DNA of 64,000 bases from Phoronis australis (GCA_002633005.1 NMRA01000840.1:12747-76746), one strand, 5' to 3'. Positions 1-12,045 are shown, counted from the first letter of the stretch. The notes: generated from the letters alone by a model not told the origin. A program made the numbers and translations.

Positions 1-1
1 C

Positions 2-1558
2 CATTATAAATCCCAGCATCAGGTGAAAAAGTTGAATTACCAGTGCCCCATCTGTTACAAATGGTTCGTGTCGAGGGGCGTAATGCTCAACCACCAGACA
101 ACTCACTCGAGTGACCGCAACTTCATGTGTCATCACTGCAGTAGATGCTTTAAGTTGGAGATCTATCTGCGCCGGCACGTGAATCGCATCCATCTAAACA
201 AGACCAGTGAAAAGGTTGCCTGCCACGTTTGCGGAGTGCAGCTCAGTGACCGTCGTAATCTCGAGATGCACATGCGTCGGCATACTGGAGAGCGTCCATT
301 CGCATGTCCACATTGCACCGAGCACTTCCCGACGCAAAAAGCACTGACAAATCATGTGTTACGACACACAGGCATAAAGGACTTTGTGTGCGATCAATGC
401 GGCAAATCTTTTGGCAAGCGCAGTGGCCTTGAAATACACAAGGTGAGTCACAGCAGTGAGAAGCCATACAAGTGCAACATATGTGACCTGAGGTTCGTGT
501 CGAAGCCGCGGCGTAAGAGGCACGAGATCTCGCACTCGACGGAGAAACCTCATAAGTGCCCAGTGTGTGCCAAAGGCTTCAAATACTTGTACAATCTGAC
601 GTTCCATCTGCGGTCACACAGCAACGACAGTAGTGTTTACACATGCGATATATGTCATAAAAACTACAGAACCGAGAGTACCCTGCGAATACATAAAGCA
701 ACTCATGTGGCACCTGTAACCCTGTCTGGTCACCATAGCAATGATGGGAAAGTAGTTCCGTCGGTCCGTGTTGCTAGGGATTCAACAGCATTGTTTGCCA
801 ATCAAAATGCAACTGTCGACCTAGCAGAAGATTCAAGAGCCTGGCCTAGCATTCAAAACAGGGAATCTGTAAGTGGGACTGAAGATTCAAATGGCTTGCA
901 TAGTATTTCAAAAAGTGTCAGTGTCAATGAGGCCAGAGATTCATGGGGCTTGCCTACCATTCAGAACAATCCAACTGTCAGTGGGGCGGGAGATTCAAGA
1001 AGTCGAACTATTGTTCCAAACAATGTCAGTGGGGCGGGAGATGCAAGTAGTCTGCCTATCAGTCAGAACAGTGGTGCTGTTAGTGAGGCCGGAGATTCTA
1101 TAGGCTTGCCTAGTTTGACTGGCAGTTGTGCGGGAGATTCAAGATACTTGCCTACCAGTCTAAAGAGCAGAACTGTAAGTGGTATGGAAAATCTGAGAAG
1201 CTTTCTTAACATTCAGAACAGTGCTGTTGTAGGTAGAATGGAGAATTCAAGAGCGCAGCATGTTATTCCAAATGGTGCCATTGCCTGTGGGGCTGCAGAT
1301 TCAAGAAGCTTCCCTTCCATTCAGAGCAGTTCAACTGTCAGTGAGACGAGAGATTCAATAGGTTTGCCCAGAAATATAAGTAGTGGAATAGTCAGTGCAG
1401 TGGGAGTTTCAAAATACTTGCCCACCAATCTAAAGAGTAGAAATGTCAGTGATAAGGGAGGTTCAAAAGGATTTCCGACAATTCAGAACAGTGCAATGAC
1501 ATCCATTTGCCCAACACAGGTGTATTATAACCTACTGCCAAGAATGCTCGATCATTAG
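2..1558 (+). CDS. C2H2 zinc-finger transcription factor, 3' portion (5' end lies left of the window); 8 complete fingers plus a C-terminal 18-aa repeat tail
   Basis: The frame is open from position 2 (HYKSQH, the end of an upstream finger), so GTG at 23 is not a true start. Eight CxxC-x12-HxxxH fingers with TGERPF/SEKPY/TEKPH linkers. Stop TAG at 1556-1558. Confidence 0.92.
   Translation, partial: HYKSQHQVKKLNYQCPICYKWFVSRGVMLNHQTTHSSDRNFMCHHCSRCFKLEIYLRRHVNRIHLNKTSEKVACHVCGVQLSDRRNLEMHMRRHTGERPFACPHCTEHFPTQKALTNHVLRHTGIKDFVCDQCGKSFGKRSGLEIHKVSHSSEKPYKCNICDLRFVSKPRRKRHEISHSTEKPHKCPVCAKGFKYLYNLTFHLRSHSNDSSVYTCDICHKNYRTESTLRIHKATHVAPVTLSGHHSNDGKVVPSVRVARDSTALFANQNATVDLAEDSRAWPSIQNRESVSGTEDSNGLHSISKSVSVNEARDSWGLPTIQNNPTVSGAGDSRSRTIVPNNVSGAGDASSLPISQNSGAVSEAGDSIGLPSLTGSCAGDSRYLPTSLKSRTVSGMENLRSFLNIQNSAVVGRMENSRAQHVIPNGAIACGAADSRSFPSIQSSSTVSETRDSIGLPRNISSGIVSAVGVSKYLPTNLKSRNVSDKGGSKGFPTIQNSAMTSICPTQVYYNLLPRMLDH
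773..1497 (+). repeat. Coding degenerate tandem repeat, ~14 copies of ~18 aa (~54 bp), consensus approx. AGDSRGLPSIQNSxTVSG
   Basis: Units such as AEDSRAWPSIQNRESVSG, TEDSNGLHSISKSVSVNE, ARDSWGLPTIQNNPTVSG and AADSRSFPSIQSSSTVSE. GAGATTCAA-like and ATTCAGAACA-like words recur at ~54-bp spacing. Confidence 0.85.
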
Positions 1559-3886
1559 GTGTCTTACAAATAACAGATTTCATTATTCACCAGTGCAGGT
1601 CAGTTGCACATTTCTGATTAAATATTTTATTGTAGCTAGGTTACTTCGTTTTTATTAGGTATATTAAGACCTACTGACCCATAACACGAGGCAACATTCT
1701 TTTCTGTTTATAGGGAACATTTCGTCTGTACATTGCAACTGTTGAAAATTTTTTTGTTTATTTTATTGACTTGCTTCTTGGTAATTTTTAAACTTAGATT
1801 ATGCGTTTGCCTTTCATAAATTTTGTTTGAAACCATGAAAACTGGGATGTCATGAAAGGGTGCAATATGCTCCATGTGGAACCCATTGCTGTTTTTCCTG
1901 TTACGTGTATTTAACTATGTAAGGACAGAATGTTCTACTTTCTTGTGTGCATAACACACTAGTGCTGGTGACTCATGAAGAAAATGTATTTTATTTTGTT
2001 TGATACATGTATGTATTTTAGAGCAGATTCTGCTCTGTTAAGCTGTCTGAAAAGCAAACACTGAGACATACATGTATAGTTACCAAATGTAATATGTATT
2101 TATTTTAAGCGGTTTCGTGGCAGGAAAGTGAGGCATTGAATGAGTGTGATCATTGTAATTATAGTTATGGGGAGAGTGACACATGGGATTCTCTTTTGTC
2201 AGTTATGATAATCTCTTACCGTAATCTTTTTATAAATTCTTTAGGCAAAAAACATGGTTGCTTCTGTTTTTTTTTGTTTAAAAAGGAGTCTGTGGAGTAT
2301 TGTTTTGTTTGTGTCACTCTTTCAAAAAGTCTCCCCAGGATAAGAAAAAAGATGCAGGATTTTGTTTACTCATTGTTTGGCAAATCATGGCGTTTAAACC
2401 TTGCTTTAAGCATTTTCTTAAAAAAAGACACGAGGCCATTGCTGAAATTGACGCAGACGTGCGTTTGTATTTTTAGTTAGTGACCACAGGTCTAGGAATG
2501 AGTCGGGCTAGGGACCAGAACCAACTTTGCTTTGTTTGGCCTAATCTGAGTAAGCAACAAGTGAACTGTCTCATTTTATGACACTGCAATTACACTAACT
2601 GCTTTTGCTCAAAGCATGTTTTAGGCAATTTTATAATTCACTTTTTATTTAATTAGTTGTGAAATCAATGTACATGTATCTTACCACTGATTCTTGTTTG
2701 AAACTTATTGATAACAGGGACTCCATGTTTTTGTATTTTTAATCAGTGAAGCTTTGTTAACATGTTCGTTTGCTTGACTTGTTCTCAGCTGAGAGGTCAT
2801 TGTTGATGTTATGTTCACTAGGCAACTAGCATTGTTGAGTGTTCTTCACACTTTGTCTCACAGTTAAATTGCCATTTTTTATTGTTGCTTTTTAAGTTTG
2901 TTCGAACTATTGAGTTTGGGTGTTTTTGGCCTCGTATTACATTTATAAGAGATACACGAGATTGAGATATGCATAGTTTTCACGTGATCATATCAGGACA
3001 AGCTGCATGTAGAATCAAAATAATTTGGAGGATTCCATATACGGTAATGAATTGCTGTCTTGTTTCAAAGCATTCTAGGACGGCTATGGGGCCACAGATA
3101 ACTTGTGGGCATGTAAACTTATTCAGGATTAATTGCATTTTACGTAATGAAATTTTACCTCAATGTAATTGGATGGCATAGTACAAAATGTTTTGCGCAT
3201 TTTGGGGTTGACTTTCAGTCCTTCATTTTTCAGTTGTTTGATGGTTGTTTTGTTGCATTACCACATGTTGTAGTGAGGCCGCGCTTCTAATTCTGGTCTA
3301 CTCAAGTGACAACTGTTGTTTTCTGTCATGGTTTTGTGTCACCAAGTTATGTTTACAGGCCAACAAGTGTCCCACAATGCACTTGAAAAATGACAGCAGC
3401 ACCGCAGTTGAAATCCTGAGAATTAATTTAGGTACATTGCATATAAACATCGATTGAAAAGCCAGAGGATAAAATTGTTGGGGCCCACATTTAAAAGGCC
3501 TGTGACATCGTCCACTGATATTGACCTAGTGTTCAACATATGTTCTCAGTCTCTAACAGGAAGCATCGGATTCCTTACCTCTTGCTACCACTACGGCCTA
3601 TAGCTATTGATAGAGAGTACAGTATTAGCTCATATCATGTACCCAGGTTCAAGTCTACTCAAAATTGCGATCGTTTTTGGAATTTCCTGTCCTGCTTTTT
3701 GTGCAGTCAAGATAAGCGTCTATCATTCTGTGCTCGAGTATGGCTTACATGAATAATTGTCTAATCTTTATTTGCACCTGATGACCCCAGCATTAAGGCT
3801 TAAACGTTTTAAGTCTCTGAACTCAAAATTTTGAGTTTTTACTCAAAATCCCAAGTTATTCCTGAGTTAGTAGCTCATATGTGTTG

Positions 3887-4107
3887 GTCATCAAGTGTGT
3901 ACTCAAATTTGGTAGTCATCAATTGTGTACTCGAAGTTGGTAGTCATCAATTGCGTACTAAAATTTAGTAGTCATCAATTGTGCACTCAAATTTGGTAGT
4001 CATCAATTGTGTACTCAAATTTGGTAGTCATCAATTGTGTACTCAAAGTTGGTAGTCATCAATTGTGTACTCAAAGTTGGTAGTCATCTATTGTGTACTC
4101 AAATTTG
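3887..4107. repeat. 28-bp minisatellite, ~8 copies (GTCATCAATTGTGTACTCAAATTTGGTA)
   Basis: GTCATC starts at 3887, 3915, 3943, 3971, 3999, 4027, 4055 and 4083. Confidence 0.95.
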
Positions 4108-5155
4108 AAGCCACTGCGCTAACCATAATGTGCACGAGCACAAAATGATAGAGCACTTATCTTTTTTCTCTCAAAAGTAGAATGAATAAGACGTGCCAAA
4201 AATAAGTTGGACTTCGAGTACAAAGACTAGACCCTGGACCTTAATTCACCTCTCAACTAATGGAGGAAGAAAAACGCAGTGCATGTATGATTGAATGCCC
4301 TCAGAATTACGTCTAGTCTGTGAGGGAAGAAAAAAGTGCATGAGGGGAATCATGCAATAGAAGCACCCCACTAGCTGGAGGGGCCCCGCACTGCAGCCAC
4401 GCCCCCTGTTCATTACAGCCCCCACCCTCTTGCTAACAATTTTTTGTGTAGCCCCCTGTTGAATAGGTGTGGCTGTGCCAGTGAGTAAGGCTCAAATAGT
4501 TTGCTAAACAGTTTATTTGCTCATCAGTTCAATTAAATGAATCCAAATCTGTTATCTGAGTCTGTTTCATGAAAATGAGTTGAGACTCAGGACAGAAATT
4601 TCTTTTGCGCTCTTACTTCACAATTGCTGAATAAAAGTTTAGGCAAGTGTTCATGACCACATCACTGTCTTGCAATAGCAAATTATCTCAGTAACTAGCA
4701 GTGAGTTGTATATTCTCAGATGCTAAATGCTCATCTGCGGGAGTGAGAGTTAATCATTTTTCTGAGATTGTAAGGAACGTAACACCAAATTTATGTCCAA
4801 GTCTTAAAGCCTAACTTCATCAGAATTTTATTATTTTAGATGTATTGGGCTAACCAGATAGCCCTAATAAAATAAGAAAACGAGTTCAATCACACAAATT
4901 TAAGCCTTTCAAATGATAGGTGAAGCTGCCTTTTCGTGCCATGTTGCATCACCGTGAGATCTCAGCACAAACCACAACAGTTGTATTGAATAGGGGTCTG
5001 AATAGAACACCATTGCGTTTGTGTGTTATTCGCAGTTGTTTGTATTAAAAGGTGATTCTCGCGGTGACGTAGACATAAGCAAGCCAATACACCTAACAGT
5101 CCGTTACATTTGGCAATTTATGGCACTAGTTGGCTCAGAGCGATGCTCTTAATAT

Positions 5156-5576
5156 ACTGTAGGAACCCAATTTACAGGTGTTACCGTTGAAGATAGGCTT
5201 AAAGCCATTTTTTATGAAACAGACCACAGGTTATAATCAAAAATGAAGAATTGAAAACCAGATAACTTTATAATTGCAAAAATGAAAAAGACTTATAGTT
5301 ACTTAAACCCATCAAAAAGAGGCGCAGTCCCAAGAAATACTACTGTATGTAACATAGAAAAGTAGGACTGTAGGAACCCGATTTACAGGTGTTACCGTTG
5401 AAGATAGGCTTAAAGCCATTTTTTTATGAAACAGACCACAGGTTATAATCAAAAATGAAGAATTGAAAACCAGATAACTTTATAATTGCAAAAATGAAAA
5501 AGACTTATAGTTACTTAAATCCATCAAAAAGAGGCGTAGTCCCAAGAAATACTACTGTATGTAACATAGAAAAGTA
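5156..5576. repeat. Near-identical 211-bp tandem duplication
   Basis: ACTGTAGGAACCC...CATAGAAAAGTA starts at 5156 and again at 5367, with only a few differences. Confidence 0.93.
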
Positions 5577-5725
5577 ACGGTTATCGTCCAACTGAGGTCC
5601 AAACAAAATAATTATCTACATTCCAAACAATGACCCTGTAGATGGCTTCATCCAAGTACATTAAATGTAGACACAGTTAATAGTTCTTTCAATATAATAA
5701 CAAAAATAACAATTACACTACAACA

Positions 5726-6883
5726 AACAAGAGCAACACGTAGCATTGAAATGCGCCCGCAAATGGTGTGCTTTTAGGGTTGTTTGTTTGTATCATCGAA
5801 ATGGACACTAGATGGCGGAAAATACATCGAATCTGTCTGAAAACCAGAAAATGTCATTTCTTTAAAAGAAAGCCATTCACCAAATTACATTAAAATTTGT
5901 TGAAGAACTTCAGAGAAACAGAGGAAAACAAAAAAAATGAAATTGCCACTAGGGGGGCACAGTGTTCATCAGATACGTCTAAAAGTCGTCTTCTCTTGTT
6001 AACTTGATATAAACTCACGTGCTAAATTTAATAAAGATCCTGCAGAGGGCTTAGGAGATACAGGTATGGGTGCAAAAAAAAACCACCACTAGGAGGCGCC
6101 ACAGAACTCAGTCATCGGAAAATCATCGTCAACTGTCTCCTTCACAGAAAGAACATACATGCCAACTTTCACAATCATCCTTAGAGTGGTTTGGTTGACA
6201 GAGGGACGACGCCAAAAAACAGACGTAAAAAACTAAAACTGCCATTAGGGGGCATACCGGTACACCGATCTGTCCGAAAGTCATCGTTGTCCATTGTCAA
6301 CATCATATAAATACATTTGGTCAATTTAATAAAGATCCTGTAGAATGTTAAGGAGATACAGCCATGGGGGCAAAAACAAACAAAGCTGCCACAAGGAGGT
6401 GCCACAGTAGTCGAAGTTGGAAAATTATCGTCAACCATCTTCCTCACAATAAGAACACACATGCCAATTTTCACAAACATTCTTCAAGTGGTTTGGTTGT
6501 TAGAGGGGTAGACGCCAAAAAACGACTCAAGAACAGTAAAAATGGCCACTAGATGGCGCAAAATACCTCGAATCCATCCGAAAACGAGAGGATAGCGTCA
6601 CCTCTTTAATAGATGCCTATGTGCCAAATTTCACGAAAATCGGTTGAGGATAATTGAAGATACAGAGGCAAACGTAAAAAACTAAAATTGCCATAAGGGG
6701 CACGGTGGTATTCGGGTCAGTCTGAAACTAGTCGTCCTCTGTCGTCAACCCCATACAAACAAACTTGCCAAATTTCAATAAGATCCTGCAAGGGGTTTAG
6801 GAGATACACCCACAGACGCCCGGATGCCCAGATAGAGATGACGGCGATATGCGATCACACATAAATATGTGGGCGCATAAAAA
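5726..6883 (+). mobile_element. Non-autonomous Helentron/HINE-like element with internal ~145-bp diverged satellite units
   Basis: Begins AACAAGAG. A 5' subterminal ATGCGCCCGC (5751-5760) is inverted to GTGGGCGCAT (6869-6878) inside a 3' hairpin (CACATA-AA-TATGTG), followed by an A-run. Seven internal units in the order A-B-C-B-C-A-B, each carrying a CCACTAGRKGGC-like core. The family label is inferred from layout. Confidence 0.6.
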
Positions 6884-7216
6884 GCAATAAAAGTAGAACC
6901 ACAGGGATAAACACTCATGTTTGCCCAGGACACATTAAATTAAAAATCTCAATAACCGAGCATGGACCCTAAAAAGCAAAGGTTTTAATAAGACAGGGTG
7001 GGTATTTATGCCGCAGACTCTTGACAAATGACCAGTGTCAGTTGTGTAATCCAAGCATTCAACAATTTTTTAAACAATTAAGGATGAGTGCTTGACTAGG
7101 ACAAGTATTAGAGAACTTAATGAGCGAGTAACTCTCTAAGACACTTCAGCATGACTTCTGTGACAAATGACATTTTGCCTTGACACCGACTGAGGAAGAC
7201 GTAGCTATGATACATG

Positions 7217-9951
7217 CTAATACTGCTGATGCGGGAAGTTATTACGCATAGGTGGCGCACTGGTCAATAAGTGATAGGGTGACAGTCCCATTTGTACTGT
7301 ATTTACCATCAAGTTACCTTCAAGTTGCATCATATCCCCAGGAGGTGCTAGCACAGCAGGGCCATCTTGTGGCCAATTATTTTTTTGATTCTCATGGATT
7401 TTCACATGCTTTGAGAGGCTACGGTTGTCCGCGTACCTCTTAGAACACACAGGGCACTCATACACACTACCTGAATGACTGCGTATGTGCGCCTTGAGAT
7501 TGTCTTTACGTTTATATGATTTGCCACAGGTTGAGCACTGGTGCGGTTTTTCAGCCAAGTGTGAGGCCTCGTGCCTTCTGCACTTATGCCTATGTGAAGT
7601 TCTGTAGTCGCAGACGGAACATTTATAGGGCTTGTTGTCCGCGTGAGCCATTGCATGCGTCGACAGCACTGACTTTGTTCGAAAAGCTTTGCCGCACTGA
7701 TCACAAATGAACGGCTTTTCACCAGTATGCCACATAATGTGTTCATCGAGTGACTTTTTAGTGATGAACCGTTTGTCACAGCGTTGACATGGGAACGGAC
7801 GCTCGCCTCTGTGAATACGCATGTGATTTTCCAAATTCCTCTTCTCCACGAAACTCGATCCACACGTTGTACACATGAATGGTTTCAGGCCAAGGTGAGT
7901 CTTGGAGTGTCTGCTCAACGCACTGCTGCTAATGAATGCTTTCCCACAGTCTTTACACAGATAAGGCTTAACTCCTGTGTGGGTGCGCTCGTGTGCTGTC
8001 AAATCAGATTTTGATGTAAAGCTCTTATGGCAATGACAACACTTATGCGAGCGCGTACGATGCAATCTGTTATAATGCAGTTTCAGATCCTTTGGATTCG
8101 TGAACTGCTCTCCGCACGTCTTGCACAAGTGTGTTGTGTTTTCGTTGTGTTTACTCAAATGTTTCGTCAGGTGGTAGTGATAGTGAAACTTTCTGTCACA
8201 ATGAGGGCACGCGTGAGACTTTTCCAACTGTTTGTTATGAGTCTGCATGTGACGAAGAAGGCGATGTGACCCCAAGATAACCTTGGAACAAACTGTGCAT
8301 TGAACAGATGTACTTGTGGACTTAGTGTTTACTTCTGCCTTTGTTTCATTTATAATCACTGATTTCGGTTTGACTTTGTCAACACTTTCATTCCTCGTTT
8401 CCATCTTGGAATCATCTGCATTGACTGCTAAGTGTTCGTCTTCTTCACAGAAGGAGTCGCTGTCATCCACTCCATCTTGTGCCTCATGGCTGAAGTCCAC
8501 ACTTTCAATTTTTTCAGCATCATCCACTTCCTGAAACAAAGAAAATTTATGAGTGTAAAGACTAATTAACATAGGACCTCACCAACAGGTGATTTAGCCA
8601 AATATCTACTAAGTTGTACATTTTCTGAAAGTAGAAAGTTTGTAGAATTTGATTTTTGTTTGTTTACCAATCAGTCATTAACTGTGTCCCGTACCCAAGA
8701 GCTAACTTAGCAAGATGTGCCTTTGTTTGGGTAGCTGTAACCATAGACTATAATACATTGACCGCCAACTCCGTATATATTCAATGGACAAAATCTGTGC
8801 TCTTGCAGAAGCTAGCCCTGACATCATTATTCCCTGGTGACACCTGGACAAATTGGCAATTTTTATTTCCGGCAAGTATGTCGTCTGCTAATTATGGTCA
8901 GCTGTTGTGTCGTCACAATACACTAACCGGAAACTGAAGTAGATAATTTGGGAGTGTGGCACCTCCTCTAGGCTAGTACGCAAGAAAATGTCGGAGTTGC
9001 GAATCTGTTGTCTATAATATATGCTGTAACAGAGAAACAAATTCAGTGAGCGGACATTTTTTGAAAAAACATATAAGTGACTAAAATACAGAACATGAAC
9101 AAAAAATAACGACCACACTTGTTAGGGAACTCTCTCAATCATGCACGGCCGAATTGAATCATGTAAAAGTCAAGTAAACAGATAGGTCTTCAATGGGAAA
9201 CCGTTTTCCCTGAATTAATCATGGTGGAGTACTGCACTCTGGCTATGCGCACACCCAGCCTTTAATATGGGAGGTTTTGAATTTCCGAAGATGTGGACCT
9301 TTTACCAACAAAAGAGCTGAAGAACTAAAAAAAAGAACGCAGCACCATGTCCAGAGATGTGAATTGTGCATTTGCGTCTTTTCAGTGGACTTTTTTCTCG
9401 TCTTACCGGACTTTTTGTTTTTCTGAGGTGGACCTTTTTGTCCAATTCGCTAATGGGGGGGGGGCTCGTTCGNNNNNNNNNNNNNCCCCCCCCCCCTGGG
9501 TGCGCGCATGTCTGGCTGATAGATTCTGTCGTTGTTGCGCACTTACGCCAGGTAACGCAAATGGTACGATGGCGTGAGAGTTCACCAACTAAATGCTTCC
9601 CGTGCTTGCTGTACCCGTGGGCACGTGGAATTTTCCACCTTGGCACCCTATGAGTGACATGGTCTATGGTCAGCCAGTGGTCTCAACAACAAAGCCGTAT
9701 TGGAATTAAATGCATAGAAAATCCAAACACACCTGCTTTTCCATTAAGTCGGCTTCTAACGTGGCTTTGATCTTTTCAATCTCGTTTTCTGTTATTCTTG
9801 TGATAGCTTCCTTCAGCTTCGGTGAACCGACAAAAACGAGAGTTCCTCGTTCGCTGCACCATTTGACGAGAACAGCTTGATCAGTCGTTTTGCTGAGGTA
9901 CTTACGTAAATACATACTTAGTTGCCTCCAGCTTGTCAGCTCCCTTGCCAT
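7217..9951 (-). CDS. 11-finger C2H2 zinc-finger protein (~510 aa) with an N-terminal NRF1-like module and an acidic linker; coding exons 9951-9733 and 8530-7217
   Basis: ATG at 9951 is preceded by an in-frame TAG. Donor CAG|GTGTGT at 9733 (phase 0) joins acceptor TTTCAG|GAA at 8530 (phase 0), giving MEKQ-EVDDAEK. Eleven fingers with TGVKPY/RGERPF/TGEKPF linkers. Stop at 7217-7219. An extra internal exon cannot be excluded. Confidence 0.85.
9244..9510. mobile_element. MITE (hAT-like) in the zinc-finger gene intron
   Basis: Inverted ends TATGCGCACACCCAG / CTGGGTGCGCGCATG, TCTGGC on both flanks, and subterminal G/C runs with a short N gap. Confidence 0.55.
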
Positions 9952-11985
9952 TATTGTTGGCGTTGTAGTCTACTAGAAGTCGTAAAAAAACAGTTATCAG
10001 AATTTCTACATGCGAAGTACGTGGGGCATTTGCAGCGACACCTTGCGAGAGGAAAGAAAAGCTGTACCTACAGAAATCCTTCAAACGACTAAGCCCAGTT
10101 GCCTCCGAGTACTCACCGCGGCCAGCGAACTGCCACAGGGAAACGGGGATAAGAGGTTTATGCCCCTTAGAATTCTTTTGACAGGGGTGCAATTCAATGT
10201 GAACTGACTTACGAAGAAATTACCAATGACAACTGGATTTATGCTTTTGAGTCAATAGCCTAATGATGGTTACAGACGTACAGTAGGGGCACCGGTGAGT
10301 CCCGGCCGGGGGCCGCCGCCGGAGTGCCGGCAGCTAGCCAACGATGCCAGCAAAGCTGACAGGCTCATAGAGTATTCTATTGTCATCAGAAAAGGGAATG
10401 AAAAGACCTGTCAGTACTTCAGGGGCTTCTCATGACGAGTTTTCGCCTGGTCCAAAAATCTTCAGACCCCGTATCATTGATCGAATGTCTATAACTACAA
10501 TAAGCACCGGGCTAATTGCTGACAGACAGATCAGTCCCATACTTCAATTTAACCACACATGAACGGATGGAACCGACTACTTTTGACCAGCTGCATCAGC
10601 TTAATAAACAGTTTGAGGGATACAAATCAAAAGGGCAGTTTATAACCAAGCTTACTGTGTAAATGCGAAGATGCACCGGGGATCAGTTATATCGATAAAC
10701 CAGTGAGACAACTGAAAACACGGAATACCATTAACATATACTCAAATCGCATTATTATTTATACAGATGTTAAATAAAGAATTGCACAACGTCAGTGGAA
10801 AAAATTCAAAACCTACAGATCAAATCAGGAATCAGGAAAGTCCAACTTGAAGAAATGACAGTAAAATCAAACTTACCGCTTGTAGCTCTAACAACTAAGC
10901 TTGTATAAAATAAACAATCTCCGTTTCTTCATAACATTTTATACAAGAAATAGTGGCGAGCAACTAACGAGACACAATTGGAACCAAAGTTTCAGGAACT
11001 GAATAGCCTACATTGTAAAACTTTAACCTCATCAGAGGTAATTGCAAACAACGATAAAATTAACTTGGATGCAGAATAACGGTAGTTGTATTTCACTTAT
11101 TTAATTAGAAGTATAGTGGTGTAGAACAGAGCATGACAAATTGATGTAGAATAGGAAATGATGTGCTGTACACACACTGTTGGATGCACACGTATTTTAG
11201 CACAGTCAATGGAAGTTCAGTAGACCCAATTTTCAACTGAAAATGCCATTAATCTTTCGGGCCAAATGAGTATTGGAATTATTTTTGAATTTTCACTTGC
11301 TTTCTTAAATAAGCACATTCATTCACTGGGTGATGCTGCAGTTATAAGAATATTTCCAATCACACACAGTCAACAACGCTAATTTTTCTTTTTAATGTGT
11401 AAATGCTTAAAAAATATACAAAAAATAGCTTAGCCCATATGAACGAAATTCTGTAGGCCTTCGTGAGGTGTCAATTTCTGCTCAATTTGACAGTCTGACT
11501 TAGGCTAGAAAGCAAGTACAATATTATTTTTATCCATACTCCCTGTAAATCAATACTGTAAATGTCGGGTAAACTGATGAATTGAGTGAATGTCCTTAAT
11601 ATTTTCTGTAGAAAAACAAAGCAACTTAATAAAAACAACAGATGGCTAAATGAGCTACACAGTGACTGCAATCAGAATACATCATTTGAAATGAGAGATC
11701 AGAGTGATGGGTAACAGCAGTGTTCAATGTAAATTATAGTGTTAGTAGAATGAGTACATACACACCGTACACACATGTCAGAATGACTGCACAAGAAAAT
11801 AATTGTACAAGAAATACAAGTCATGTAAACGGGAATAGATGAAATGTGCTTTAAAAGACCTCGCTTTCATTCTGCGACACTTTATTGAATCGAAATCACT
11901 TGTGCCCTGACATACAGAAAGCAACTACCACTGTTTCTTCCTGTCGCTTGCAAGCAATGCTTCTTCGAATGGGCAATGTGTCAAA

Positions 11986-12045
11986 GTCGTAGACTAAGAA
12001 GGTCACCCGACCAAGTTCGGTCGGATGACCTACTTGGTCTACGAC
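11986..12045. repeat. 27-bp-arm inverted repeat (24/27 matched, 6-nt loop)
   Basis: GTCGTAGACTAAGAAGGTCACCCGACC-aagttc-GGTCGGATGACCTACTTGGTCTACGAC. Confidence 0.85.

Noticed and set aside
3887-4107. 28-bp repeats as a CRISPR array (also 35698-35814, 45552-45649, 17951-18115)
   Set aside because: Head-to-tail copies with no unique spacers, no cas genes, and a eukaryotic context.
8531-8572. ORF-track start MLISLYTHKFSLFQ for the ZF gene
   Set aside because: This is intronic polypyrimidine tract before the acceptor at 8530.
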